Shown: positions 1 through 9,931, counted from the first letter of the stretch. The stretch is 64,000 nt of DNA from an uncultured Polyangiales bacterium (GCA_964640175.1 CAZXFW010000001.1:160460-224459); one strand, 5' to 3'. Notes: a model not told the origin generated them from the letters alone. Numbers and translations: made by a program.

Positions 1-567
1 GGAACGACTCATCTGTGTGTCGTTGACAAAGAAGGTAACGTTGCTGCCGTCACCACCACGATCAACTTGCCGTTTGGTTCGCGCATCACAGCGGATGGAA
101 TGTTTCTTAATAACCAAATGGATGACTTCGCAAGCCCCGGAAATACTGAGAACGCATTTCTATTAAGTTCGGGAGAAGTTAATTTCCCGGCTCCCAATAA
201 GCGCCCTGTATCCAGTGCAACTCCTACCATCGTACTTAAAGATGGACAGCCCGTTATGTGTATTGGCGGCGTCGGCGGCAGCCGAATCATTACTTCTGTT
301 TTACAAACAGCATATTATACCTTGCTCGACCGCCAAACTCCCGGAGATGCTGTAGCCCATGCCCGGATACACCACCAAGCAGAACCCAATGTTTTGTTTC
401 ACGAGTCCATGGAGCCAGACGTCTTAAATGCCCTTAAACGTATGGGATACAAGCTTGAAACATCCGATCATTATGGCGTCGTACAATTGATCCAGATCAC
501 TGATGGTGGAAAACGCCTACACGCTGCCAGCGACCCTCGTAAAGGTGGACATCCCGCCGGACGATAA
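1..567 (+). CDS. ggt: gamma-glutamyltransferase, C-terminal part (5' end outside window)
   Basis: Frame 1 is open from base 1 (GTTHLCVVDKEGNVAAVTTTINLPFGS...). The Thr-Thr-His autoprocessing site and the GGVGGSRIITSVLQ segment are typical of GGT small subunits. Stop at 565-567. Confidence 0.85.
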   Translation, partial: GTTHLCVVDKEGNVAAVTTTINLPFGSRITADGMFLNNQMDDFASPGNTENAFLLSSGEVNFPAPNKRPVSSATPTIVLKDGQPVMCIGGVGGSRIITSVLQTAYYTLLDRQTPGDAVAHARIHHQAEPNVLFHESMEPDVLNALKRMGYKLETSDHYGVVQLIQITDGGKRLHAASDPRKGGHPAGR

Positions 568-581
568 GTCACCGCTTTCTT

Positions 582-1349
582 TTATTCTGCAAGTGCTACG
601 ACGACTACTGTAATGTTGTCGTCGCCACCATGATCATTGGCTTGTGCTACTAAGCTTTGCACAGCTTTTTTCACATCGCTGCCACTTTCAACGACAATAT
701 TTTGGATCATGGTATCGGTAATCATCCCGCTCAACCCGTCCGAACACAATACATATTGATCATTGGGTTTTGGAAATTCCGTGTGCAAATCGACCATGAC
801 CATCTCCTGCATACCCAGTGCACGTGTGATCACATTCTTCGGCAGCTCATCCTGCTGTTCCTGAGTCAAATGCGGCATGATGGTGAGATAATCATTCACT
901 AACGAATGATCCTTGGTAAGCAACGTAATCTCTCCCTCACGTATTCGATAGGCCCGGCTATCGCCTACATGAGCTACATAAAGATGTCTCCTGTCCTCAG
1001 AAAAAAGTGCCCCAACAACCGTCGTGCCCATTCCACATAGATTTCGATCCAAACAAGAAGCATCAAAAATTTTCTTATTAGCCATTCGGATGCTTGTCAG
1101 CAATCGATTTTCTTCAGCAGACAGGTGGGTTTCATAATTGAAAGGCCATGTGGATTCATCCCCACCCATGTTGTTGAAAAACGCCCCTATGGTGTCTGTC
1201 GCCATTTGACTCGCGACATTACCAGCCCGGTGCCCACCCATACCATCGGCCACGACATAGAGTGCATCGTGGTCAATTATCAGAAAACTATCCTCGTTAT
1301 ACTCTCGTTGACGTCCAGTATCGGTTAGGCCTGCGGCTATTATTTGCAT
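582..1349 (-). CDS. PP2C-family Ser/Thr protein phosphatase
   Basis: 255-aa ORF with PP2C metal-site motifs: REYNEDSF, VVADGMGGHRAGNVAS, CSDGLSG, GGDDNITVVVV. Confidence 0.85.
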   Translation of the reverse strand: MQIIAAGLTDTGRQREYNEDSFLIIDHDALYVVADGMGGHRAGNVASQMATDTIGAFFNNMGGDESTWPFNYETHLSAEENRLLTSIRMANKKIFDASCLDRNLCGMGTTVVGALFSEDRRHLYVAHVGDSRAYRIREGEITLLTKDHSLVNDYLTIMPHLTQEQQDELPKNVITRALGMQEMVMVDLHTEFPKPNDQYVLCSDGLSGMITDTMIQNIVVESGSDVKKAVQSLVAQANDHGGDDNITVVVVALAE

Positions 1350-1502
1350 AACGCATACGACAACGAGTCAGAAGGTAATAAATGGACGATGAGCACAAAA
1401 ACCAGTGATAAAACCACACTTTAGCTTCCCATCAATGGGCCAGCCATGTCAACTGTCCTATTCTCTCTTGCGCAGGTTTTGCGTTGGTTTATCCTGCGCG
1501 GC

Positions 1503-1925
1503 ATGCGTTTTGCTATAAACCGTATTTATAGGCTATCGGCTGGCTTGATAGCTTTGGTAGCGTTATCTCTCCCGTCGGGATGTGCGCCGGAGATAGGCGA
1601 TGATTGCAAAACGTCCGATGACTGTTCCGTAAGTGGTGACCGGCTTTGTGACCGAAGTGTCCCCGGAAGTGGGGGATATTGCACCATAGCAGGCTGCGAT
1701 CAAGGAACCTGCCCTGACGAAGCCATCTGTGTGGAATTTCGCCCCGCTCCTGAACGGCTGTCATCCACATGGTGCATGGCTTCCTGTGATAACAATGGTG
1801 ACTGCCGCACAGGCGATGGTTTTTCGTGCGTGACTGCAACTGAGTTAGGAAACGGGGACGCGGATTTCGCTCGTGCTTTAGACGGAGCAGATAAACAATT
1901 CTGCGCTACAGTACCCTCCACCTAA
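1503..1925 (+). CDS. Cys-rich secreted lipoprotein, function unknown
   Basis: Signal peptide with lipobox (LSLPSGC), followed by about 115 aa with 12 Cys in D/G-rich spacing. The ORF track starts at 1446; ATG 1503 gives a better signal peptide. Confidence 0.5.
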   Translation: MRFAINRIYRLSAGLIALVALSLPSGCAPEIGDDCKTSDDCSVSGDRLCDRSVPGSGGYCTIAGCDQGTCPDEAICVEFRPAPERLSSTWCMASCDNNGDCRTGDGFSCVTATELGNGDADFARALDGADKQFCATVPST

Positions 1926-1927
1926 TT

Positions 1928-2857
1928 TTGATCGCCTATTTTATAAAGCGAGTTCTGCGTGCAACGCTCACCATCTTCGGAGTGGTGACATTGGTGTTTC
2001 TGCTTATCCGGATTATACCGGGTGACCCTGTCGAAGCCATCCTAGGCGAAGATGCATCTCCCGAAGATCGGGAGGCGATGCGCAGTACGCTCGCTTTAGA
2101 TCGGCCTTTTTTAGATCAATATACTTCTTTTATAAGCTCTATATCCGACGGCACTCTGGGACACTCGTTTCGCAATCGATCTACGACTGTGATTTCACTG
2201 ATTGCAAATGTATTGCGTCCAACCGCCCATCTTGCCATCAGCGCGCTCTTGCTTGCATGGCTCATTGCCATTCCACTTGGCCTGTTTGCCGCAACTCGCC
2301 ATAATTCCATCTATGACCGAATCGCCTCTGTTCTGGCCATTGCTGGACTTGCCATACCCAACATCTGGCTCGGCCCTTTGTTGATATTACTGTTTAGTGT
2401 CTTTCTGCGTTGGCTTCCGTTGCCAGGTGATGATTTCACCCGTCTTAGCGCACTTATATTACCTAGCGTTACCGTAGGTACAGCACTAGCTGCCTCTTTA
2501 TACCGTCACACTCGCTCAACCATGTTGGAGGTTCTACATCAACAATACATTTTGGCAGCCAGAGCCCGCGGCCTGCCAGCACATCGAGTGCTGTTCAAAC
2601 ACAGTTTGCGCAATGCCCTTTTGCCCCTCATGACAATTGGCGCAGCACAACTTGGAGCGTTGTTATCCGGCACAGTAATTGCCGAAAAGATCTTTGAACG
2701 TCCGGGCCTCGGAACCCTGTTTCTGGAGGCATTTTTCGCGCGTGATATCCCGGTAATCCAAGGATGTGTCCTTGTTGTCGCTATTGTCTATGTTACCCTC
2801 AATTTAGTTGTCGATCTCCTATACGGGCTCGTTGATCCACGGGTGCGGCTGTCATGA
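1928..2857 (+). CDS. ABC transporter permease, DppB/OppB-like
   Basis: 309 aa with the N-terminal FIxKRxL motif, multiple TM segments and an EAA-like loop (ARARGLPAHRVLFKHSLRNALLP). TTG start. Confidence 0.85.
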   Translation: MIAYFIKRVLRATLTIFGVVTLVFLLIRIIPGDPVEAILGEDASPEDREAMRSTLALDRPFLDQYTSFISSISDGTLGHSFRNRSTTVISLIANVLRPTAHLAISALLLAWLIAIPLGLFAATRHNSIYDRIASVLAIAGLAIPNIWLGPLLILLFSVFLRWLPLPGDDFTRLSALILPSVTVGTALAASLYRHTRSTMLEVLHQQYILAARARGLPAHRVLFKHSLRNALLPLMTIGAAQLGALLSGTVIAEKIFERPGLGTLFLEAFFARDIPVIQGCVLVVAIVYVTLNLVVDLLYGLVDPRVRLS

Positions 2858-3642
2858 TCGGCCTAGGTATTGTGATCCTCTTTTTCTTAATTGCCATCAT
2901 AGGTCCTTGGATGGCGCCATATCCGCCCGATCATATCGACCTAAATCAAGAGTTTACTAAAAGTTCCACACTGCACTGGTTAGGCACAACAGACAATGGC
3001 GTCGATGTTCTTAGCGTGCTGCTGCACGGCGCGCGCTTGGCTGCTAGTGTTGCCGTATGTGTAGTTATATTGAGCCTCGCTATCGGAACTTTGCTAGGTG
3101 TCGCAGCAGGCTATTTTGGCAAACGCGTTGATCATATCATCTCCGGCGCTGCCGATCTTATTCAAGCGTTTCCCGCGATTATCCTCAATATTGGCATTGT
3201 AGCGTTAGTAGCGCACGCAGGGCTTATCCATCTCATTTTTGCATTGGTAGTCACAGGTTGGGTGCTTTATACGCGGCTTGCTCGCGCAGAAACGTTATCT
3301 CTGCGTGAAAGAGACTTCATCCTAGCCGCGCGAGCGTTAGGAGCCTCTGAATGGCGTGTCGTCTGGCGACATATCGTTCCTAACCTTGCTGCACCCTTAA
3401 TTATTCAAGCAACCACAGGTATGGGCGGCGCCATCCTTGCAGAATCAACGTTGTCATTTCTTGGGCTGGGTCCCGGCACACATACGTCGTGGGGGGCGTT
3501 GCTTGATCAAGGAAGCGCCGTGCTTTTGCGTTATCCGCACGTCGCGCTTTGTGCAGGTAGCGCGATTGCATTGACCGTGCTCGGCTTTAACCTGCTTGGC
3601 GATTTTCTACGGGATCATCTTGATCCACGTCAAACCCGTTGA
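2854..3642 (+). CDS. ABC transporter permease, DppC/OppC-like
   Basis: 262 aa. Start overlaps the previous stop by 4 nt. EAA-like loop (AARALGASEWRVVWRHIVPNLAAP). Confidence 0.85.
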   Translation: MIGLGIVILFFLIAIIGPWMAPYPPDHIDLNQEFTKSSTLHWLGTTDNGVDVLSVLLHGARLAASVAVCVVILSLAIGTLLGVAAGYFGKRVDHIISGAADLIQAFPAIILNIGIVALVAHAGLIHLIFALVVTGWVLYTRLARAETLSLRERDFILAARALGASEWRVVWRHIVPNLAAPLIIQATTGMGGAILAESTLSFLGLGPGTHTSWGALLDQGSAVLLRYPHVALCAGSAIALTVLGFNLLGDFLRDHLDPRQTR

Positions 3643-3702
3643 TCTTCACACCTACGCAGCTTCTGATCCGCGCAGGGTGATACAGCTGCGGAATGCGTTT
3701 CG

Positions 3703-5376
3703 TTATTCAAACTTTGGAATGTACAGGCTAGTGCGTAATGGATTGTGCTTAAACATGGGCCAGTCAGCGCGCGCCGACTTGACCGGAAGATCCCAGACGC
3801 GGACATGGCTATTGGTGGTCACAAGCTCAACAATGCCATCACCATTCAGATCGCCCACCGCAGGCGTATTCAACAGCAAGCTCGCGATGTAACGGGGTCG
3901 TGTCAAATCTTCAAGGGAAGTGCTCGTGAGATGCTTCCCATCGCCGTCGATGATGGCGACAGTCCAACCAACGCTTACCACAATCTCCATTTTATTGTCG
4001 CAGTCAAAGTCAACCAAGACTGGGTTCTTATTAAATTCCTGGCTAGCGCTGTCGCCCTGATAGCCCAATGCGGTGACCGGAAACCCCTCGACAACGCTAC
4101 CGTCTGCATACCAGACATTGACCTGCCCCTTGGCATCATTGGTAGTGGAAAAAGCAACGACCTCGAGGGCAGCGTCGCCTGCGACATCGCCAACCGCGAC
4201 GGTAGCCTGTGTCGTCCCTTGTGTATTGACGCCGTTTTCCCAACCCGACAGCGCATTACCTTGATGATCGAATCCAAACACCCTAAAGGCGTGTTCAAAC
4301 ATCTTTTCGCTTTCCATGTGGTAAAACACTCCTGATCCCACAAAAATCTCAATGTCGCCATCGCCATCGATATCTGTCAGTACAGGCGATGAAAACATCG
4401 CTTCAAGAACATACCGAGGAAACCCTGCAATGCGCGCACCTTGCCCTGTGAAAGCATATAAGGACCCCCCACAGTAGTTATTATGTGGGGCCGGATAGGG
4501 GCATTGCCACGTACCGCCGCCGACAGGGTCAGAAACAAGATTACCCTCATCTGTACCAGTGATGACATCGAGCATGCCATCGCCGCTCAGGTCCGCAAGG
4601 CCAGGTGAACTCCAAATGGTATCGCGAAATTGGCCCTCATTCCCGTCGCCGTAAGCACCGCTCGCGGGAAAGCCTTGGACCAACGTGCCGTCATGATGCC
4701 AAGCGTAAAGTCGTTTATCAAAACTTCCAACGACAACTTCTAAGTCTTTATCCCCATCCAAATCGCCGAGCGCAGGCGTGGCATAGATCGGATCGGGACA
4801 CCCTCCTCCGGGAGGAATATACAAATCAAAGGGAACCTTTGGCCAACCTGGCTCGATGTCACCGGTATGCGAGTATGCAATCACCGCGCCAGCCCGACAC
4901 TCTGTCTCGGTGAGTTGGCCCGTCGCAATTACAATCTCGTCTTGCCCATCGTTATCGATGTCGCCGACCGCTGGCGCTGCTTGAATTGCCTGCGAGCCCA
5001 GGGCTCGGCCCATTCCTGCGGCGACATCGCGGTGCCACAGCTCCTCACCATTGCTTCGCAGTACATACACGCCACCCAGATTGGTAACAGCCACGATCTC
5101 AAGTGTGGTGGGATCGTCATCGACGTCCACGATGACCGGCGAGCCAAGATGACACTCTGTATGTCCACCGCAATCACGACTAGGTAACGGAAAACTCCAT
5201 TTCGGACTGACCTCGCCGCTGGGAAGAGGCAACGCTTCGCATCTCAAGTTGAGCGGTGCATCCGGCGAGCCCGTATCTTCTGATCCACCATCCCCTTTGG
5301 ACGTGCCCTTGCCGCCGCAATCAAGCAGCAACACGAAGAGCAAACTACCACTGACAAAGCGTCTACAGCATCGCAT
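3703..5376 (-). CDS. FG-GAP/VCBS-repeat (integrin-alpha-like beta-propeller) lipoprotein
   Basis: Lipobox LLLDCGG. Repeated Ca-binding D-x-D/N-x-D-G loops: GDIDNDGQDE, GDLDGDKDLE, DLSGDGMLD, DIDGDGDIE, GDVAGDAALE, GDLNGDGIVE. Confidence 0.75.
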   Translation of the reverse strand: MRCCRRFVSGSLLFVLLLDCGGKGTSKGDGGSEDTGSPDAPLNLRCEALPLPSGEVSPKWSFPLPSRDCGGHTECHLGSPVIVDVDDDPTTLEIVAVTNLGGVYVLRSNGEELWHRDVAAGMGRALGSQAIQAAPAVGDIDNDGQDEIVIATGQLTETECRAGAVIAYSHTGDIEPGWPKVPFDLYIPPGGGCPDPIYATPALGDLDGDKDLEVVVGSFDKRLYAWHHDGTLVQGFPASGAYGDGNEGQFRDTIWSSPGLADLSGDGMLDVITGTDEGNLVSDPVGGGTWQCPYPAPHNNYCGGSLYAFTGQGARIAGFPRYVLEAMFSSPVLTDIDGDGDIEIFVGSGVFYHMESEKMFEHAFRVFGFDHQGNALSGWENGVNTQGTTQATVAVGDVAGDAALEVVAFSTTNDAKGQVNVWYADGSVVEGFPVTALGYQGDSASQEFNKNPVLVDFDCDNKMEIVVSVGWTVAIIDGDGKHLTSTSLEDLTRPRYIASLLLNTPAVGDLNGDGIVELVTTNSHVRVWDLPVKSARADWPMFKHNPLRTSLYIPKFE

Positions 5377-5696
5377 GGGTCACTATACGAACCCCGCGAA
5401 GATCGAAGCAACATTCAGTGCCTCTGGTGAGATTCTTTTTCCTGCCAACGACGGCCACATCAGCAAAACTGCTTGCTAAACCGATGACAGACTTCAACAT
5501 GGGTACAGTCGGCACCAGGAAATACCTGTACACCCCATCATAACTATTGAGATCGTTGGCAAATTTCAATGGCATGGTTTTCGCAAGACGTTAGGACAAT
5601 AGGAGCTTCGTTATGATGCCTAAACTCACTCTTTCCGTTCGTTGGCGCTGGACTTTGGTTTCCATCTGGCTACTCACAACCCACTAGGTTTCAGTT

Positions 5697-6926
5697 CTAC
5701 ATTTCCACATTTGGGTGTTTCTCAGACTTCAGTCGCTTGCGACGTCGATACCACAAGATACTCCATCCGGCCGTGCCAGTGATGCCTAAACCCATCATGA
5801 CCAACACCACAGGAATGATGATTTCTCTAAAGCGTCCTAAACTCAACGGCGGCGGTCGTGGTGTTGAAATTGTCACATCCGGTGCATGTATCTTGGCCTG
5901 CGTGCCAGAGGCTTTCGCTGACAGGGCCTGGCCTTTGGCCGGAGCAATCACACCGATGTGATTCATCACTTCGCGCTCCACACCACGCACAAAAGCTTCT
6001 TCTTTACCCTCTTCGCCTATCCGCGTACGATGTTTGCCATTGTGGTGCTCTTCGGCTCCAAAGCCAAACCGAGCTGTCCAGCGACCACCACTTGGTGAGT
6101 TCACTACACCGCCTTCTTTGGCAATGAACACTGTACTGGAGCCACCGCCATCTAAGTTAATGGCATCTGTCGCTCCAAACTCCACGAATAGTTCTGCCAT
6201 TTCATACAGCGTTAATCCCCGACTATGTGACTGACGCCCACTTGCTACAATCAGAATCACGAGACGTCCTTCTTTACCAACTCCAACCGCACTGCGAGGA
6301 TGGCGGTAGCGCGCATAAGGAAAGGCTTCCAGAGACTTGTGATCCACCTGACCATGTCGCACCAGCTGAGGCATTCCAGAGACGGCTTGTGTGACTTGGT
6401 CTGCGGGCACGTGGTTCACCTCTGCCTCCGGTGGACTGATCCACGCGCGCCCCTGTCGCGTGATTGCAAAAAATCCTATCTCAGCATCATCTTCTCCTGT
6501 GGACCAACGTTCCCCGCCACCGGCAGCAACCCCCCAGGCCCGCATCATTTTCCCCCAAAATCCTCCATTGATTGCCACAGCCAAATGGTTGGCTTTGGCA
6601 AATTCACTCACAGTCTGCCAGCGTTGCTCATAGGGTGTCGTGATGACCCGTACGCCAGGTTTGGAAAGATCCACCAACACCACATGAATGCGACAGGGCA
6701 CATCGGTCAGCCGTAAAAGGTAGCGAACGCCTTCATTGGGCTCTGTCCATCGATCCTCAATAATATGAGCCTGGCGTTGGCTTTGGCTTGCCTGGGCGTA
6801 AACCGGGACAGCTCCAAGGCACCCGTACGCCACCATCAAAACACCACAGAAGATGGGAGCCGCAAATCGGCAGGCCAGGGTGCTCGTCTTGCATTGAGAC
6901 GCCACAACGTGCACAAAGCCAGCCAT
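5697..6926 (-). CDS. phosphodiester glycosidase family protein (DUF2233 / NAGPA-like) with C-terminal TM anchor
   Basis: AINLDGGGSST and SAVGV motifs are typical of the DUF2233 / uncovering-enzyme family. C-terminal hydrophobic helix IIIPVVLVMMGLGITGTAGWSILWY followed by RRRKR. Start uncertain: 6962, 6926 or 6836. Confidence 0.65.
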   Translation of the reverse strand: MAGFVHVVASQCKTSTLACRFAAPIFCGVLMVAYGCLGAVPVYAQASQSQRQAHIIEDRWTEPNEGVRYLLRLTDVPCRIHVVLVDLSKPGVRVITTPYEQRWQTVSEFAKANHLAVAINGGFWGKMMRAWGVAAGGGERWSTGEDDAEIGFFAITRQGRAWISPPEAEVNHVPADQVTQAVSGMPQLVRHGQVDHKSLEAFPYARYRHPRSAVGVGKEGRLVILIVASGRQSHSRGLTLYEMAELFVEFGATDAINLDGGGSSTVFIAKEGGVVNSPSGGRWTARFGFGAEEHHNGKHRTRIGEEGKEEAFVRGVEREVMNHIGVIAPAKGQALSAKASGTQAKIHAPDVTISTPRPPPLSLGRFREIIIPVVLVMMGLGITGTAGWSILWYRRRKRLKSEKHPNVEM

Positions 6927-8025
6927 GCGATGGCATCGGACCCTCCTCTTAGGCCTCAGCATGGCCGTCTGCTTAAGCCTTCAGAGCTGTAAGCGCAACA
7001 GGTCACAAAAGCAGCCTGCCCCTACGCCAAGCCTTGACGCTTCCGCCACAGCGCCGGCCCCCACGCCAAAACTCACCCCCCCAACCAACCTCTTTGGTGT
7101 CCAAGACGAACCCATTCGGGAAGCTCTTGCTCAAGGGCCCATCCAAAAAGTCGAACGAGGCCGTGGTGGACGCAGCCTGGCCTTTAAAATCACCTTAGCA
7201 GACGGCACTCAGGGCTATTTTAAGCCAGAACAAACGTTCTCTGCCGCGCATTGGTACGCCGAAGTTGCTGCCTATCACCTCGATCGCGAGCTTGGTCTAG
7301 GACGTGTGGCCCCCGTAGTGAGCCGACGCATTGCCTGGACAGATCTTAAACGCGCCGCTGGTTCGGATGAACGCATCGAAGAGCTCATCATCGATAAAGA
7401 TGGCTTTTTGCGCGGCGCATTTATTTGGTGGGTGCCTGGAGATCTCGTGCCTCTGTCCCTTTCACGCGGCTGGGAACGTTGGATTCGCATTGAACCATGG
7501 TCAGCTACGCGGATCTCACCCATGACTCGTCCTGCCGTGTTTCGCGAGGCCATCGATATGGCAAAAAATGGTCAAGAACCACTTACCAATTTTGATACAG
7601 ACCGACCTATCGCAGGCCGTTCAAGCCAACCCGGTCGGTCCCAAGAACTTTCTGATCTTACCGTGTTCGACTACCTCACCCATAACGTCGATCGCTGGGG
7701 TGGAGACAATACCAATGTGCGCGTCCTCGGACGAAAAGGCCCGTTGGTGTTTTTCGACAACGCGGCAGGCTTTCCTCCTGTGCAACAAATAGGCGGGATC
7801 ATGGAATCACGGCTCAAAGTGGTTCAACGCTTCAATAAATCGACCATTGACGCTGTATCCAACTTTAACATGGCCCACTATCGCAAACGCTTATCGGAAG
7901 AGCCTCTGACGCCCATACTAAGCGAAGAGCAACTTGAAGGCTTACAAACCCGTCAAAAAGCACTGTTGGATTATATCGCAACACTGAAAGAACGTTTTGG
8001 AGAGAGGATATATTCATGGCCATAG
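6925..8025 (+). CDS. FAM20 (Golgi casein kinase)-like exported kinase-fold lipoprotein
   Basis: Lipobox LSLQSC. Segments AEVAAYHLDRELGLGRVAPV, FDYLTHNVDRWGGDN and VFFDNAAGF match remembered FAM20C blocks ([43 protein letters not shown]). Confidence 0.6.
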   Translation: MRWHRTLLLGLSMAVCLSLQSCKRNRSQKQPAPTPSLDASATAPAPTPKLTPPTNLFGVQDEPIREALAQGPIQKVERGRGGRSLAFKITLADGTQGYFKPEQTFSAAHWYAEVAAYHLDRELGLGRVAPVVSRRIAWTDLKRAAGSDERIEELIIDKDGFLRGAFIWWVPGDLVPLSLSRGWERWIRIEPWSATRISPMTRPAVFREAIDMAKNGQEPLTNFDTDRPIAGRSSQPGRSQELSDLTVFDYLTHNVDRWGGDNTNVRVLGRKGPLVFFDNAAGFPPVQQIGGIMESRLKVVQRFNKSTIDAVSNFNMAHYRKRLSEEPLTPILSEEQLEGLQTRQKALLDYIATLKERFGERIYSWP

Positions 8026-9074
8026 ATTTACCTACCCACTGGGCTGCTGACGCTGAGTTTCGCAAGCTTGCCGAATGGGAGCCACACAAAGCCGTATGGG
8101 TTGCGTGGCCATGGGATGATACCGACTGGCAAGACGAATTACCGAAGGCACAACAAGAGCTTGCCCAACTTTGCCAGGGTATTATCAATCTGGATGACTC
8201 TAACGATGCTCAAGGCGAAGCGGTTCACATGTTGGTACGCAACCCAGACGACGAGCACGCCGCTCGTCTAGCACTGGGCATGTCTGCCAAGCATGTGAGA
8301 TTTTATCACCTGCCCACAGGGGATTTGTGGCTGAGAGACACCGCTCCGGTGTTTATGCGTAACGATGCGGGCAACGATGCAGCCGTGTGTTTTAAGTTCA
8401 ATGGCTGGGGCGGAAAGTACCTTTATCCCGACGATGTGCTGGTCGCAAAGCGCATCGCCGCTGCAAGTGAAGTGACGCGCTTTGATGTACCTTTGATTCT
8501 CGAAGGCGGTGGACTCGAGTTTGATGGAGAGGGAACATGTTTGACAACACGGCAATGCCTTTTGCATCCCAAACGTAACCCAACCCTCGACGAAGCCCAT
8601 ATTGAAGACATTCTTAAACGTTCACTCGGCATGCAAAAGGTACTTTGGCTCGATAAAGGTCTTTTAAACGATCATACCGACGGCCATATCGATAACTTGG
8701 CGCGCTTTGTGGCACCTGGGGCTGTGGTTTGCACATCACCTCATCCCAAAGAAGAACCCAACTCTGCCGTCTTATCCGACATTCACAACCAATTATCCTT
8801 GTTTAAGGATGCGCGTGGGCGTTCCCTTAAGGTCATGACCTTACCTTCCCCAGGCTTGGTGGCTCGCGAGGATGGCAGTCCATACCCTGCAAGCTATCTC
8901 AACTTTTACATCGCCAACTCCACAGTGATAGTGCCCGCATTTGGTAAAGAAACGGATACGGTTGCCAAAGACATTCTGGCTCCTCTGTTTCCTACCCGAC
9001 GCGTGATTAGCTTACCCGCGTTGTCCTTGCTCACGGGGGGCGGTACGTTTCACTGCATTACTCAACAACAATAA
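8016..9074 (+). CDS. aguA: agmatine deiminase
   Basis: 352 aa with EWEPHKAVWVAWPW near the N-terminus and C-terminal GGGTFHCITQQQ containing the catalytic Cys. Start overlaps the upstream stop. Confidence 0.85.
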   Translation: MAIDLPTHWAADAEFRKLAEWEPHKAVWVAWPWDDTDWQDELPKAQQELAQLCQGIINLDDSNDAQGEAVHMLVRNPDDEHAARLALGMSAKHVRFYHLPTGDLWLRDTAPVFMRNDAGNDAAVCFKFNGWGGKYLYPDDVLVAKRIAAASEVTRFDVPLILEGGGLEFDGEGTCLTTRQCLLHPKRNPTLDEAHIEDILKRSLGMQKVLWLDKGLLNDHTDGHIDNLARFVAPGAVVCTSPHPKEEPNSAVLSDIHNQLSLFKDARGRSLKVMTLPSPGLVAREDGSPYPASYLNFYIANSTVIVPAFGKETDTVAKDILAPLFPTRRVISLPALSLLTGGGTFHCITQQQ

Positions 9075-9091
9075 CTCCAAGGAAAAACGCC

Positions 9092-9931
9092 ATGCATCTT
9101 GCTGTTTTGCAATTCGCCATGACCGAGGATCGGCAAGCCAATCTAGCCAAAGCCACGGATCTCATTCGTGCCGCAGCAAGCCAGGGGGCCCAAGTGATTC
9201 TTCCACCCGAATTATTTCAAGGGCCTTACTTTCCGAAAACTGAAGACGCCTCGTTCTTTCGTTGGGCAGAACCCGCCTCCCAAAGCAAAACACTGCAACA
9301 TTTTTCAGAACTGGCTCGCGAATTAAAGGTGGTCCTACCCATCTCATTTTTCGAAAAGGACGGCCAAACCTATTACAACAGCGTAGCTATCCTAGACACG
9401 GATGGAACATGTTTAGGCATTTATCGTAAAAGCCACATTCCCGATGGTCCTGGCTACGAAGAAAAATTCTACTTCCGCCCAGGCAAAACAGGATTCAAGG
9501 TGTGGCCCACCCAATTTGGCACCCTGGGCGTGGGCATCTGCTGGGATCAATGGTTTCCAGAATGTGCACGCATCATGACCTTGCTGGGAGCCGATGTGTT
9601 ACTTTACCCAACGGCGATTGGTTCTGAACCGCTGGAGCCTACGCTGGATACGCGAGGCCCTTGGCGCCGTGCCATGCTTGGCCACGCTGTCTCGAACATG
9701 ATCCCCATTGCAGCCGCTAACCGCATCGGCACCGAACAACACCAAACATTTTACGGCACTTCGTTTATTTGTGACGCTCGGGGGGAAGTCCTTGCGGATT
9801 TGGGTTCTTCACAGGAAAGCATTGGTTATGCACAGCTTGACCTGGAGGCTGTGCGTAAGGATCGGGATTCTTTTGGTTTTTTTCGAGATCGTCGTCCCGA
9901 TCTTTATGCAGAAATCGTCAAAGATCGTTGA
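9092..9931 (+). CDS. aguB: N-carbamoylputrescine amidase (CN-hydrolase family)
   Basis: 279 aa nitrilase-superfamily protein (YRKSHIP, GVGICWDQWFPE with the catalytic Cys) immediately downstream of aguA. Confidence 0.85.
   Translation: MHLAVLQFAMTEDRQANLAKATDLIRAAASQGAQVILPPELFQGPYFPKTEDASFFRWAEPASQSKTLQHFSELARELKVVLPISFFEKDGQTYYNSVAILDTDGTCLGIYRKSHIPDGPGYEEKFYFRPGKTGFKVWPTQFGTLGVGICWDQWFPECARIMTLLGADVLLYPTAIGSEPLEPTLDTRGPWRRAMLGHAVSNMIPIAAANRIGTEQHQTFYGTSFICDARGEVLADLGSSQESIGYAQLDLEAVRKDRDSFGFFRDRRPDLYAEIVKDR

Noticed and set aside
3745-5187. Several 60-196-aa ORFs antisense to, or out of frame within, the FG-GAP gene
   Set aside because: They are shadow ORFs of a long, repeat-containing gene with strong motif support on the minus strand.
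5613-5687. 24-codon ORF (MMPKLTLSVRWRWTLVSIWLLTTH) with an AGGAG upstream, in the 320-bp spacer
   Set aside because: It is too short to support from sequence alone. It would need ribosome profiling or evidence of conservation.
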